This document shows, piece by piece, positions 26,495 through 40,028 of a stretch of 56,142 bases of DNA. The notes below the pieces were generated by a model. That model worked only from the letters and a program-made list of their open reading frames with translations. It was not told the origin of the DNA and did not search any database. The DNA lies in assembly GCA_030141605.1 (NCBI GenBank), contig JAQGDQ010001193.1:1-56142 (forward strand). The letters run 5' to 3'. Position numbers and translations under genes: made by a program. Each line of letters starts with the position of its first letter. The stretch's first letter is position 1. The stretch is from Tubiluchus corallicola. Taxonomy: Eukaryota; Animalia; Priapulida.

Positions 26495-27628
26495 TTTATA
26501 ATGCAGAATTTCTGTTCAACGATTTTCCATTCACTGTTTTCGACTATTTTCTAGCCTTCGAAATTCAAAAATGTAGGTCAGTAAAATACTATCCAAGATT
26601 TTGTCAGGATTAAGAAAGCATCTGTATGTATTTTAAATCCACATTATGCTTAGAATTTGCACATGACATTTGCATTTTTTCTGTTTAATTTTACTTTTTT
26701 GGCAAGAATGCCATGTGACAAATCGACCCAATTCATTACTCTTCTGAAAGCTGTTATTGTTACTTTTTGAGAATTACTTTTTGAGAAAAGCCCAAGGCTC
26801 CATGAATTCAAAGCAAATCATCGCAAAATTGCATATGAGTATAGTGCCGCATTGACTGCTGAAGCCTGATATTTGATCTGCCATTTTGTGTTCAAGATGG
26901 CGGCGGTAACCTGTTTTTCGATAAAACGTCTCCGCTAATTCGCAATCTATAATCATGAAATATTACAGAATATAGTAGAACAAATTTGGCAGATTGATTT
27001 TTAGTCTGCCATTTTGAATTTAAGATACCGGCAAAAAGATTTTCGCAAAAAGACTAAGGTTCTGTCAGTTCGCAAGGAGTATGCTAGAAGTCCACAATGA
27101 CAAATGTGATGGAGTTGGATTCTTGATTTGAAATTAATTGAAGATGATAGGCCTAACATTTTCATAAAAAGCCAAAACTGCTGCCATTTCGCAATGGATC
27201 ATCATCCAAGACTTTAATGGAACTTACTAGAACGGATTCTACATCGTCTGTCGGAATCAGAATTTTGGTCGGTCATTTAAAATCAAGATGGCGGCGTTAA
27301 CATCATCTCCAAGGCTTTGCACGAATATGCTAGAACGAATTTCGCATCGACGGATAGAATCGGATTTTTGACCCGCCATGTTGTATTCAAGATGGCCGCA
27401 GTGAAGCCGTTTCTCAAAAAAACCAAAGGGTCACACAATTTACAACTGGTCATGTAAAATTTATAGAAATATACTGGAACAAATTCTGCAAATTCCAATA
27501 GATCAAGTCGAACTTGTTTATTTCACAATATGCATAGTTCTTGAGCAAGGCCTTTTTTTGGAGAGAATGCCAAGTTGGCAAAAAGACATGGTAAGGCTGC
27601 ATGAGAAATTCATTGAAACAGCCTAGAC

Positions 27629-28130
27629 CAGGGGTGTGCAAATTATCTGTCTAGCCGGGCCACATTAAACTTTCCCGCAATTCCTGCGGGCCACAGGCAG
27701 TTTGATCAAGGAGCCAAGTACAGAAAGGCCTAATAACGATTTTTTTTGCATCCGACCTAAGTACATCATTACTACTACACACAAGAAACTATTTTAGAAG
27801 TTAGTAAAATTTATATTACAAAACAATATATTTCTACTTTCAGGACAGATAGTGGTAATTTCATTACAATGCATATTAGAAATGTGTATCACACAGTCTG
27901 TGTAGTACAGTGACATTAATCTACAACCGTCTTGTAAGGGTTAATGGCATCTGATCTAGTAGAAAAAACTACCCGCACTATCTTTGGGATCGTGGCACGG
28001 ACTTCAGCTGGATACACTCAATTAATCACCCGGGCCACACTTTCATTAGGTTGACAAATCTCTTTGCGGGCCATACAAATTCTCTCGACGGGCCACAAGT
28101 GGCCCACGGGCCGCAATTTGCACACCCCTG
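27629..28130 (+). mobile_element. hAT-like MITE, copy 4
   Basis: TIRs plus perfect 8-bp TSD gcctagac. Confidence 0.92.
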
Positions 28131-28266
28131 GCCTAGACCCAAGACTGAAGTAAACGTGCAAAAATTTGTGTTTTTTGTGGCTATGAAAACTTCGGACTGT
28201 TTTTCTTTTTTAATAAAAAATATTTAAAATCTGTTTGCTCTGACTGCAAATTTACATTTTTTTCAG

Positions 28267-28690
28267 GAAAGTCGAAGAAATTTACTCTGATTCCCTTATA
28301 AAATTACACGATCACAATTGGCACCATTTTTGTATGACACGGAATTCTAGTGACCACAAGATTTACTTAAATGGATCTTTGGAATATACGGGCACAAATA
28401 AAAATACAGCTAGCCAAACAGTCGATGGCAGTGGCACGCTGGTGATAGGACAAGAGGCAGATTCATACCCAGTTGGAGATTTCAAAGCTGATGATTCATT
28501 TGTCGGGAAAATAACAGGAGTAAACTTTTATAACTACGAAATTACATCTGCTCAGATAACCCAGTTGTATGAAAATTGTTATGCAGGTGGCGGAAATGTT
28601 TTTTCATGGTGTGAAATTGATGATGGAGCCTTTCACGGAGGGTTGACAACACAAGTTGACTCGCTGTCTTGTCCCTCAGGAGACAAATAA
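28267..28690 (+). CDS. EGF/pentraxin gene exon 12, pentraxin domain 4 C-half, terminal (TAA)
   Basis: WHHFCMT..IYLNG..LVIGQEAD..SFVGKITGVNFY..GNVFSW; the spliced 12-exon CDS totals 3018 nt = 1005 aa + stop. Confidence 0.92.
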
Positions 28691-28807
28691 GTTTTAGTCT
28701 AAATATGACTATTTTACTGATGCTGCAAACATCAAAAAAAGCAGGAAAATCAACATTTAATTGCAGACAATAGTAGATTTCTGTAGTACAGTAAGAGTCA
28801 CAGTATC

Positions 28808-29155
28808 TTCTTCTTCTTCTTCCCAGCTTTTCCCTATGCGGCGTCGCCGTTGTGAATAAGTCTTCTCCATGCATTCCTGTTGTTGACCATCTCTTCATTT
28901 ATGTTCTTCTCTCTAAGGTCTCCATTAATGCATTCAAACCATCTCAGCTTGGGTCGTCTTCTTCTTCTATTTCCCAGCACTTCCATTTTCATGACCTCCC
29001 TTCCCACGTGATCTTCCCCGGCTCTTCTTCTCAGGTGCTCATACCATCGTAATCTTGCCTCTTGTATCTTTTTCGAGGCTTCCACTACTTACACTGTTCC
29101 TCTAATATTACTATTCCTGATTTTATCTCTTCTTGTTACTCCCACCATCCACCCA
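28808..29155 (-). mobile_element. 5'-truncated RTE-like LINE with (GAA)n tail
   Basis: ORF ..ARLRWYEHLRRR..GNRRRRRPKLRW..NAWRRLI; 18-bp TSD agtaagagtcacagtatc. Confidence 0.9.
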
Positions 29156-29786
29156 AGTAAGAGTCACAGTATCATCTATGTAATAAGCTAAGTTCCTAAA
29201 ATAGCAAAATCCCAAAAATTAAAAATCCTGCCATTTTAAGATCATAAGGCACCTTTGTCTTACTGTTGAATTAAGATAGATCTGATTTCAAACTGACATA
29301 TAAACTAAATTTCTGGAAAGCGCGGCAACAGATGATTCTACAAACGCAGATCGAATTGTCTTTACAGAAAGGTTAGAATTTGATTTCTGTTTTCCATCTG
29401 ACCAAGAAGTTTTCTGTATTTATACGAACGTCTTTCTACTTCCCAGTCTTGCAACAAATACTAAGAAATGAATAATTCTGGAAAAATTCATTAAATTAGA
29501 AAGATGTTTGGCTTTTGCTTGATTTTATATTTCTTTTCGTATAGAAGTTGCCGAATATTTACTATTAATTTATAAAATTTCTTAGTAAATTTTGTCTCAC
29601 AGTTTTATTAGCGGTTTTGGTTTTGATTGGTTTGGATAGTTTGACTTGGTGTGTTGTTTTGTGATGTGTATGGGTGTGGTACTGTGAGCTATTTTCTTAA
29701 GTATAGTTAAGAAAATGTTGTGTGGTATGCTGTGGTGTGGTATGGCGACACATGGCATGGTATGGCGTGATATGGTGTTATGTCAT

Positions 29787-30137
29787 TGTTGTGTTTTGTT
29801 TCTCTCGGGAGGCTCGTAAAGAAAACCAGAAAACACTTCGTCAAATTAAACTAGTTTATTAAGTGAGGATTCTACAACACAAAAGTATGAAGGAACGAGA
29901 AATGTTTACAGTAAACGTGAAAATCTGGAAAACGTTTGAGTGTATCTGAAAATGTAAGTATAAAAGAGAATGTGTAAGTGGCGTCCGTGTGAATCTGTGT
30001 GCCTCTCTCAGCGGCCTGCTTCGCCTTATATAGGGTGCCAGGGAACATTCCAGACGTTTCTTTCTAGAACGTTCTACACGGTAAGACGATTATTCTAACG
30101 GAACATTCTTTAATAGATGCCAGTGATCTCCACAACA
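29787..30137 (-). mobile_element. Probable solo LTR
   Basis: TGTTGTG...CACAACA ends; on the - strand CCTATATAAGG followed by AATAAA. Confidence 0.6.
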
Positions 30138-32194
30138 CATAATAAACATTTTTGTTTTGTCAGACCCGCCACAAAAGTGAAGCACATGTATTGTAAACTA
30201 ACATTATGTGATCTTCAACAGTATTGTACAGTATTACAAGTTTTGAGCAATTATATTACGTAATATCATTGGCTGTGTGTGTGTATGTCTCCTTATGCTC
30301 AAGCCTAAATGGATATTTATTAAATTACTGTGTAACAACCAGCTTTGTCTTTAACATTAGGTCTTAGGTCTCATTGTAATTTTGGATTTGAAATTTAACA
30401 AAAATTGCATCAACATTATGACTTTGCCTTTTTATTCCTTTGCACTATCGCAGTGACTTTGCAAAAAATATGGTCACATTTTATGAGTCTAACGGAAGAA
30501 AAAATAATCAGTCATCCTAACAATTAATGAAACTTTTACAAATGAAATAAAAAATGTTATTTTATTCTAAAACCGAAAGTTAAAGCACTCATCACTCTAC
30601 CAAGAAAATTATGTTTTCATTCGCTGCTTGTTTGTTTGTTTAACTGATAACAAGATTACGTAATAACAACGATTTCCACAAAACTTTGTGGAGAGGTAAG
30701 GCATGGTATAATGAAGAATCTGTTGATTTTCATGTCTACTCGAGAAAGTCTGACAAAGCAAAAACCGAGGTTATTAGCCGAAGTTGTGACGCAAGACAAA
30801 CAAAAAACAAAAAAACAAGAAAAATGATCAGTCTTTCAAACAATAATTAACTAAAATGTTTTGGTACCAATAAAAACTTACGCAATTTTATTGTAAAATT
30901 GAAAGTTAATGCATTTATGTCCTTTGGTAAAGGTCAACGAAGTTACGTCTTCATTCATTCGCTGTTTGTTTATGTATTTGTATTAACGGGATTACGTAAA
31001 ATAATGATTTCCACAAAGCTTTGTAGAGAGGTAAGGTGTGCGACAAGGATAAATGCTTGGACCGTGATGTCTGAAATCTCTATTTACAGCCATTTTTCAG
31101 GTTTATTAGCAAAACTTGCAACGCAAAGAAAAACAGAAATAATTAATTCATACGTTGCCTTAGATATTTGAATACGGAAGGCAGGGTCACAAAGTTAATG
31201 TGTATTTTAAAGCTCATTTAAAGATCATTAGTGTTCGAAAGGGATGTCCTAAATAAGCTTGTCCATAGTCTCGTTGTGCGCATGATCAGAAGCTGCTGTA
31301 GCTCAATGGTTAAATGTACCATAACAACGCGTCTTAACTACAACCGTCACGTGGCATCTGGGTAAAGCAAATCCGTCTGCCACATTAGTTTAGTAAAAGT
31401 TTTACATAGACTTACTTAATTATGCAATTGTCTGTGCCTGGGGTGATTTACTAGCAGGATCTTGCTGTTAAGACTGTTACCATTACAATAGCGTGGGCTG
31501 CGAGGCTTTGTCTAGTGTATGCAAATTCGTTGTCTGGTACACTTAACCTTTGACATTTACCGATCATCACCTATCAGTGGAACTGTGAAAATGCTTATTG
31601 TATTGAAATCTGTATGCATATAACCACATATAGATACATAAAAAGATAAATACATACTGCGTATTAACCTTCTTTGGGCCATGTATTATGCTGACAAGAT
31701 TATAAACAAAAGGTTCAGACAGTTATCAAATTGCCTGTTCCTGGATTAAATTGGTTAAATTACTGTAATAAATTACACAATACCATACCAAATTGTTATG
31801 TTTCATACACTATCGTTATCATAAAAAGATTAATTGTACTGCAGTCGGGCTAGAGAAGCAAAGGCTTGTATAAGCCCACTGTCATGTGAACCCGATAAAA
31901 AAAGAATGGATGAGTGAACAAAAAAAAAGAACTGGGAGAAAGGTGAGATCACACAGGAAGGGTAGAATGATGAGTTAGTGGAAATAGTAGGATGAAAGAC
32001 AGTAGATTGTGCTATGTTGACATCAGCTTTAAAGATTTATCAATGATGCCTTGTTTTGTATAATCTACTTTTGTACCAGGATTGTGGTACGACTGCTGCA
32101 GTAGGTGTAGGAAATTAGGAAGTGTTGTACTTGTTGAGAATCATTGCTCTATATTTCTTTTTTAAAGTTTTGAATTGGACTGAACAGTTTTTAA

Positions 32195-32574
32195 CCCTTT
32201 CATACCCGTTGTATCCCGAGGGATACAAGAATATTTTCTGCCTTTAAAATTAATAAAATTTTAAAACTGACAGTTATTTGATCTGTTAATAGTTATTTTG
32301 ATTTAAGCCAATAACAATAGACTAAAATATTGATAAAATGGCAAACTAAAAAATCTACATAGCATAAAAACACTGTGTAAGATACACTACTTTAGAGGTG
32401 ACTTTGTACGGATCAACATAGCATGCATACTAAATGTCTTAAATACTTTAAAAAAATATCAGCATTTGCTTTTTATCCTGTTTAGCAACCATTGAATTAC
32501 AATGTATTCCATGGGATACAGACTATATTTTGCATGCGGGCACAGGTTGAAAAAAATAAGTTGGACTGAAAGGG
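32195..32574. mobile_element. piggyBac-like MITE, copy 3
   Basis: TTAA|CCCTTTC...GAAAGGG|TTAA, internal deletions. Confidence 0.85.
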
Positions 32575-32689
32575 TTAAATCATCATTTATGCCATTCCAA
32601 AGCCTTGAACCAACATTTGCAATGAATTGCAGTGCCAAGTCTATTTTGCAGAAAATTACAACAACTTCATTCATTCTGGTTGCGTAATG

Positions 32690-33030
32690 CCGATTAATAG
32701 GTTGGACTGGATTATTAAAGACTATTGAAAAGAGACGATAATTAGTTTTCTACATGTAAGTAGCTGCATTCATGCGTATTAATCGTCAACAGTTAAAATT
32801 TTATCATTTTTGAAACCTGTTTAACCAAGATATTCTCTTTTTCTAAGATTACAAGCGATTCTAAGAAATTTTCAGTTAGAGAAAGTTTCAGTTGTCAAGA
32901 TAGAGAAAGGGCGATAATTACATGGATCCTCAGAGGATCGATCTTTGTGTGCAGGAAAAACCTTTACAGTCTTCCACTGTTTGGGAAATATTCCAGTGTT
33001 GAAGATCTCTCTAAGCAACATGTCGTTATT
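32690..33030 (-). mobile_element. Decayed CR1/L2-like LINE reverse transcriptase fragment
   Basis: TGIFPKQWKTVKVFPAHK..DPCNYRPFSIL. Confidence 0.7.
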
Positions 33031-33254
33031 ATGAAATGTGTGTCTAAATGCAGATAAAGGCTGCGAATAAAAGTAAATTCTTGTTTTTGTTTGTTGTTTG
33101 CGCAGGTGCAAAACTTTATTGACGTGAACAGCTCGCCGTGCAAGTGTTGTTTAGTTGTTACATTTGCATACCTGATGGATAGAGGAATTCGATAGTTTGA
33201 CTGCGCGCAGTGGCGAAAGTAGAGAGAACCATTCGAATATTTGCGATTACAAGT

Positions 33255-33608
33255 GGTGAGCATCGAACCTTCGATTTCTATTCGAACGAGTTTTTGTTTA
33301 GTTCGGGTTCGACTCGTACCTAAGATTACAGATTCGAATTCCAGCACTTCTTTATCATTGAAACGTTTGAAACGTGGCACAATCAGAGTAGTTTAGCTAT
33401 GATTTCTGTGGACCATTTGTAAACAAAATGTCAGTGTTTATCCTGCAGAAAAAACTTAAGCATTACGCGTAATCTTTGCAAGACTCTTTTTATCAGTGAT
33501 TCGAAAATCTTTAAAATAGCATTCGAATTCGATTCGATTTGATTTTGTTAGAAAATCCCAAAATCGATTCCAATAGATTTCGCTTTCTGGCAGAGGGAGT
33601 TTACCCAC
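33255..33608. mobile_element. Degenerate TTCGAA-rich MITE upstream of the GRL
   Basis: ggtgagcatcgaac...ttcgctttctggcagag similarity to 10132-10476. Confidence 0.7.
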
Positions 33609-33836
33609 AGTGATAACCACATACCATGAGACGTGAACGTAGCAATTTAAGAGCAGTTTCATAACAATACAGTAAGAAATAAACATTGGTTAATTTGACT
33701 TCAGGAAATCTAAAGCATAGTGTAATAAAACCGTACTACAGAAAGGATCTATCCCTGAAGGGCATATATACGACAGACTAGCTTCAGGTATAAGAGATTT
33801 ACTTGAAAAGGAGGTACTCTGAAGAGCAGAACCAAA

Positions 33837-35015
33837 ATGCTAAAAAATCGGATTCATGCAGACGTTGCGATGGTGAAAAATGACGCCCAGAAGGAAGATG
33901 CAAAAGGGACGACACTCTACGATGCCTTAAAACCTCTCACTCGAGCCATGAGAATCTTCTGCCTTTGGCATTTGAAGGAAAGTGACATCAGCTGTTACTG
34001 GATGGGTGTTTACACAGTATTCACAATGGTATTGGTAACATCTTTACTATGCTTTGTGCTTTTCAAGGTAACGTCCATATATCTAGATAGCGGCTTAACT
34101 GGAGCTAGTTTTACAATAGTTCTTTGCCTAGTTGTCTACATGCAAGCTGTCTTCAATGTACTGTACTTCAAGTTGAACGTTCAAAAGTTGGATAAATTTC
34201 CCAAAATGTGGCAGCCACTTCTTGACAATAAGGGAGAAGAAAATACGGCAATATATTTTGAAGATGCTCGAAAAGAAGCCAGAAAATCCGTTATGGGAAC
34301 GATTGGAGGCGGTGTAGTTGTTCTGTTAATGAATTCTATTGCGCCGGTATATCAACTAGCTACAGCCACGTACACCCAAATTGTCCACAAAATAACAGTT
34401 AGATTGTCTCTGCAAGAAGTTTTGTTGACTAGCATGCAGGTGGCAGCACCAATGCTCTGCGTCTGCATATGGATGGTCATTGTGGTCCGTCTGCCAATGT
34501 CACTCATTGGAATCCTCTGCAGTGTATTGAACAAAGGATTGGACACGTGTTTGGGTGAAATTCGACTGCTTCTTACTAAATTTGATTCACCGAAAAATGC
34601 AAAGGTACTAGATGATGCCGACGATACTGAATTGGAAACCATCAGACTTGAATCTGCAGCCTCTGTGAACTACCATAGGATGTTAAACAAGGTGGAAAAA
34701 GACTACAATTATTTGACCAAATTGACGGCAAAAACTGACGAATTGTTTTCGTTTTACTTTCTCTTTCTTTATGCGTCAACCATCATTTCTTTTACCGTTA
34801 CACTGTATGTAGTAGTTGCCATATTGGAGACTGAAGGATTCACAATACATGGACTGCTAGCCAGCATGACAGCTCTTGGCATCATTGTTGTACAAATGTT
34901 CAGCATTGCAGCTTTGTCGCTAAATGCAGCTGATTTATATGAGAAAGAGCGAGAGGCCCTTCCGCTTGTCCTCTATCTTAGCTCCTGTGCACGAACAACT
35001 GATGAAAAACTCGAG
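33837..35015 (+). CDS. Gustatory receptor-like (GRL, 7tm_7 / 7TM ion-channel superfamily) exon 1
   Basis: 393-codon ORF with about six hydrophobic helices; GAG|gttagt phase-0 donor. Confidence 0.88.
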
Positions 35016-35103
35016 GTTAGTAAACCCACGTGGACAAATGATGAGTAAACTCGTAATTATTGATTTTTTTATACTATGCACAAAGAGCAAGAAAACCCTT
35101 TAA

Positions 35104-35599
35104 CCCTTAGTCGACCAAGGTGGGGTAGAAAATTTGTGCCGATCTGTGGGCAACGAAATAGGTGGGAGAGCTGTTTACCCGTTGTATCCCGTGGGATACG
35201 AGAATATTTTCTGCCTTTAAAATTAATAAAATTTTAAAACTGACAGTTATTTAATCTGTTAAAGGTTATTTTGATTAAAACCAATAACAATAGACTAAAA
35301 TGGTGATAAAATCGCAAACTAAAAAATCTACATAGCATAAAAAACTGTGCCAGGTGCAATAGTTTAGAGACGACTTTGTACAGATCAGCGTAGCATGCAT
35401 ACTAAATGTCTCAATTTACTTATCAGCAGTTGCAAAATGAAGCACATTTTATGCTTCCCGTGGGATACAGGCTATATTTAGCACGCGGGCACAGGTAGAA
35501 AAAAATAATTATAATGTGTAAACAAGATGGACATACTGAATAAAAGTACCAAGCCAAAAAAATTTTTCTTATTAGAAAAATAATTTGGGACTGAAAGGG
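35104..35599. mobile_element. piggyBac-like MITE, copy 4 (GRL intron 1)
   Basis: Same family; extra sequence near the left end, right flank TTAC. Confidence 0.8.
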
Positions 35600-36455
35600 T
35601 TACTGAATTAAACTTTGCCCACAATTATTATAATAATCGATCAAATAATAAAAAACTATCATTAAAAAGTCACGAGGAATTATATTATAACATCTATACT
35701 ATCAGGTACATAGATAACATAATTATCAATACTGAAATAACACTATACTAACACACAGCAGAAGATAGCCTGGCTAGCCCACAGGTCTAAATGTTCCAGG
35801 TAGACCTGTCTCACACAGCTTAAATACAAAAGCTAGAACACTGTTGATGTAAAAGGTCATTCAGAAGCAAATAAGTACAGTAAGATTAGAGGTAAATTTA
35901 AGCTATATCATTGCTGTAACAAGCCTAAAAAGGGGAGGAGATGAGATGAAGAAATGAGCAAGAAGACACAATGTAATATTTAAAAGTCAAGTTAATCAAC
36001 GCGAAGTAATTAAGGCGAACTTCGCGACACGACCAAAGTTCTGCAAACGGTCTGCAGAACAGATTTTTCTAACGATCTATTGAGGAAAGTTTCGAATTGC
36101 AGTTTGTAGACGGTCTTTAATTTAGTAATATGGCGGGAACTTCAGCTGTACAGCTTGAAGCTGATGAAGATGAAATTTTAGAAGATCCACCAAGAGAAGA
36201 CGATGTGGAAGTCTTAGAATTAAAGAGTGAACACCGTTAGACTATCATAAAAAGTTTCACAAGACTTGAATAATATCGCATAAATAATATAGTGCAATGG
36301 TGGAAATCTTCTTTTTGTCCGTGGTGCCCTCATATATCTATGCTAGCTTGCCACAGAATTTGGTTTTATATTATGATATAAATATAAAAACCACTTGGGC
36401 GGGCAAGGGTTAATTACACGAGGCTATAGAAATTGTCTTCAAATTTTGTTTCATC

Positions 36456-36690
36456 TGATGATGATGTTCGTCCTTCGAATCGAAGATGACCATAGTGACG
36501 TGGAAAAAGGGTCAGTTTGGGGTTGTCATTCCTTTGATGAGATCGAAGGTGACTGACTAGGCCAATGCCGGCCTGAAAATTTCTGTGGCATTTGGCACAG
36601 GTGAGGCTGGGTGTTTGGACCTGTTGTTTGGCAGTGTCACATGCCTTGCGTCTCCTGCTCTTCTCCTCTGCCTCCTCAATTCTACACACT
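36456..36690 (-). mobile_element. RTE LINE 3' end with C2H2 motif
   Basis: CAKCHRNFQAGIGLVSHLRSH, then catcttcgattcgaaggac and a (CAT)n tail. Confidence 0.75.
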
Positions 36691-37188
36691 GTCTTATTGC
36701 GCACAGAGCTGGTGTTGGCAGTAACGCTGTATAGAACTTGTGAATTTAAACTCCCGATATGACCGTTAAGTACAGAAATTTTAACAGTAAGCCGTTTGAA
36801 TATGTTTAAAAGACATTGCATAAAGTTTAAAAAATGATCAAAGCAGAAGCAGTGCCCTCTTTCCTAACTAAGCAAAAGTATAAATTACATAATTGTCAAT
36901 AACATCAACAATACGTTTTTGGTGAACCAGTGGTGCACACTGGGATTACGAAACTGTGACGTTTTACCTGGTGGAGCAAACATTTTAAATGAATAAGAAT
37001 TTTCTTTTCCAATTACAAGAGTTTAAACCATGCAAGGTTTAAAAGACTCTTCTTTTAAACCTTGCATGGAAAATTGTTAAGGATATACTTTAAAATTCGT
37101 TTTTATTCCGTTTTAGCAGAAAGAAAGAAAATATGAAAAAAGCCTTGGATTTTTGATCATCCTTAGTGTTAAGAGTAATTATTTGTGT

Positions 37189-37792
37189 TGCTTGCAAACC
37201 AAAACCGTTTATAAGTCGGCGCAGATAAAACTACGTTATGAAATGCTTCAAAGTAGAAAGCACCAAAAATTTGGTCAAATGTCGATTTTTTCTTATTTAT
37301 AACAAATTACAAATGCTAAATATATTGGACTTTTATATTTTAGCATCAAATTATCTGGAAAAGGTCAAAAATTACTAAAAATCTAATTTTATAACTTTAG
37401 TACTGCAACTGTAAAACAACTTGCATTTTCTACCCAATTGTAGCTTGTGGAAGCAGCCATTTTGCTTCGAGTTTTTTCTGTTGACAAAACCAGATCTTCG
37501 CCAGGAAGAGCCATACTGGATTTAAACATAACTTCAATTTGCTCTTGTACAATCCATACCAACCACATCTTCGTATGGTTGCTAAGTGTCTTGTGGAGAC
37601 GCGACAAAAACAATGGCTAACTTTAACAGTGTCTTTCTCAGGGTTAGCGTGCACCTCATATTCAACGTGGATTATCTCAGCTTAGAAATAACATTGGTAT
37701 GAAAAATGATCTTCGTGAAATGGAGATTCAGGATACCTGACTAACTAGAATAGTTTAACTGCCGACTTATGGACGATTTTGCTATGCAAGCA
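37189..37792. mobile_element. TIR element, same family as 9287-9872
   Basis: tgcttgcaaaccaaaaccgtttataagtcggc ... gccgacttatggacgattttgctatgcaagca. Confidence 0.72.
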
Positions 37793-38485
37793 CACATCTG
37801 TAGGCTCATTTGTTATACGTAATTATTAGGCCTACAGTTATAAAAATTATTTCTGCGTGTGATAACAAATCATTTTACTACCTTTTGGGGTTTCAAATTG
37901 TAATGTTATTTTCTTGATATTCAAATCTTTGTAGATGAAAAGAAACTTTGACATTAAGTTTGGAATATTAGGTTATTCGTGGTAATCCAATTCTAGAAGA
38001 TATAACTATGATTTCGACCAAAAACCATGGCGAAGAAAAATCGTGGAATGCAAAACTCTAATGATTTTTGAAAACGTGCCTTAATTCCTACTTTGGATTA
38101 TCCAGAATATTTGAAATTTTATATTTTACGTAAATGCAAGAAAAAGGAATTTATGGCCGACCAGTTTCGAACAAAACTGTTCATTATCAAGGCATCTAAA
38201 ACTAAGAAAATTACCAGAATTTAGAAACAACATCAAGATAACATATAATTCAGTAGGTAGATAGCCAAAAGTTATATGATATCACATTATATACATAATT
38301 TGACAATTTACCTTACAGATTAGCTAACTTGATTGCTATGAAACTATTTAACACTCCACAAGCAAACAAACATTATGTTAGTAGTAACAGAACTGTAAAC
38401 TTTAGGGAGCTGCCATTTTCTTACTGAAATCCACAAACCACAACGCACTGTTGGTGTTGTACAAACTGCTGTTGTATTTGGCTCT

Positions 38486-38599
38486 TAGGGGTGAGCATTC
38501 TCTAGCAGAAAGCGAATTCGAATCGAATCGAATTTGCGACTTCCGAATTCGAATCAAACCGAAACTTAAAAAACTCGTTCGAATCGATGCTCACCCTTA
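38486..38599. mobile_element. Internally deleted TTCGAA-rich MITE
   Basis: TIRs retained; TSD ttggct(c/a)t. Confidence 0.82.
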
Positions 38600-38919
38600 T
38601 TGGCTATTAACTACTAAATTGTATTTTGACGTTGTTTCTAAATTCTGTTATATTTCTTTGTTTTAAATAAGGATAATCAAAAGTTTTGTTCGAAACTGGT
38701 CGATAATAAATTCCATTTTGATGAAGTTATTTGCCAAATTTTATATAATTTTACGTAAACTTATATCATCTAAGTCTAAAATATGTCTTTACGGCCTATA
38801 GGACGTATGAACTTGGCTGTATTCTTAGCATTTTGTCTAGAAAGTATTTACATTGTGACAAGTGCATAGGTTAATTGGAGCAAAGTATTTCGTTTACTAA
38901 ATTTTTCTTTTTAAAACAG

Positions 38920-39009
38920 ATACTGCTATTTGCTGCGAAGGTTTCTGGCCAGAGTACTGGACTCACAGGCTACAAATTTTTCACAATAAACAGAAGCTTC
39001 ATACTCACG
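38920..39009 (+). CDS. GRL exon 2 (ILLFAAKVSGQSTGLTGYKFFTINRSFILT)
   Basis: aaacag / ACG|gtaag, phase 0-0, 90 nt; GLT...FFTI.R motif typical of the GR-family segment before TM7. Confidence 0.9.
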
Positions 39010-39693
39010 GTAAGATATTTATATAGATAGTGTATTGTTTATTACAGGAAGAACGGACAATTGTTTAGACCCAATCTCATTTTAATTTACCGTCCAAAAT
39101 ACACATTTTCTTGCCTATAAATGTTAGTTACGGCTTCTGATAATTGAACTATTACCTTGGAAAGTTAATTAATAGCAACTGAACACAGGTATTGTTTACG
39201 TGCCAAACTATGGGCAGGTTGCGCAATGACACGCATCTTCCCTGCGCGTCAATTACGTTAGCGTAAGCGAAAATGGCTGATGTGATATCAAAAAATGAGC
39301 TCTACGTCGCACTAACGTCACAAAACAATACTGCAGTTCATGATCATGCTTATCACGGTACTGCACCTGTTTGCCGGCCACCTGAATGTGACGAAAAAGA
39401 TGCCATTGCCAGTCTTGGTGCCATGCCTAGCTTTGAAATGTTTTTGACAATGTTTAACGCAATTATTATTCAATCTAAGTCTTACTTTAAATATTCAATT
39501 TCAATATTTCAGACCATACTCTATTTTAAACTAATGTCTGTAGCTCAGACTCAGCTAAGCCTTTGTATGAGCTATACAGGCTTAACTAGCGTTATCTTTT
39601 GTTAAATTACTATCATACAACAGACTGTATTTAATTGGGGATCAGTCAGCAGATTTACTAATTTGTTTTACATCTAATTTGTGTTTATTGCAG

Positions 39694-39804
39694 GTAACTG
39701 GTGTATTTGTGACTTACTTCATTCTGCTAGTGCAGTTCAAGCCAAGCATACTGCAACTTACAGAACCTCTCTCTAGAAATGAAACAGCAGCTGAGTTCCA
39801 CTAA
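39694..39804 (+). CDS. GRL exon 3, terminal (VTGVFVTYFILLVQFKPSILQLTEPLSRNETAAEFH*)
   Basis: ttgcag acceptor; GR/GRL signature TYhhhhhQF; total protein 459 aa. Confidence 0.92.
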   Translation, partial: VTGVFVTYFILLVQFKPSILQLTEPLSRNETAAEFH

Positions 39805-39932
39805 CACAAGGATGCCAGTTCGATGCTCTCAATGTGTGGTTTCAATCTGACTGTTTACCTGCTAAGAGAGGAGCATTTGCGTCCCGTGGCTAAGATATCA
39901 TTGCCTTTGAGTGCTTAATAATAATAATTTTA

Positions 39933-40026
<94 letters not shown>

Positions 40027-40028
<2 letters not shown>

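Noticed and set aside
34352-34642. Antisense ORFs over real exons (also 22406-22603, 28542-28898)
   Set aside because: Shadow frames of the GRL and pentraxin exons or LINE sequence
33837-35048. Single-exon 403-aa membrane protein
   Set aside because: A donor at 35015 and two downstream in-frame exons supply the family-defining TM7 motif
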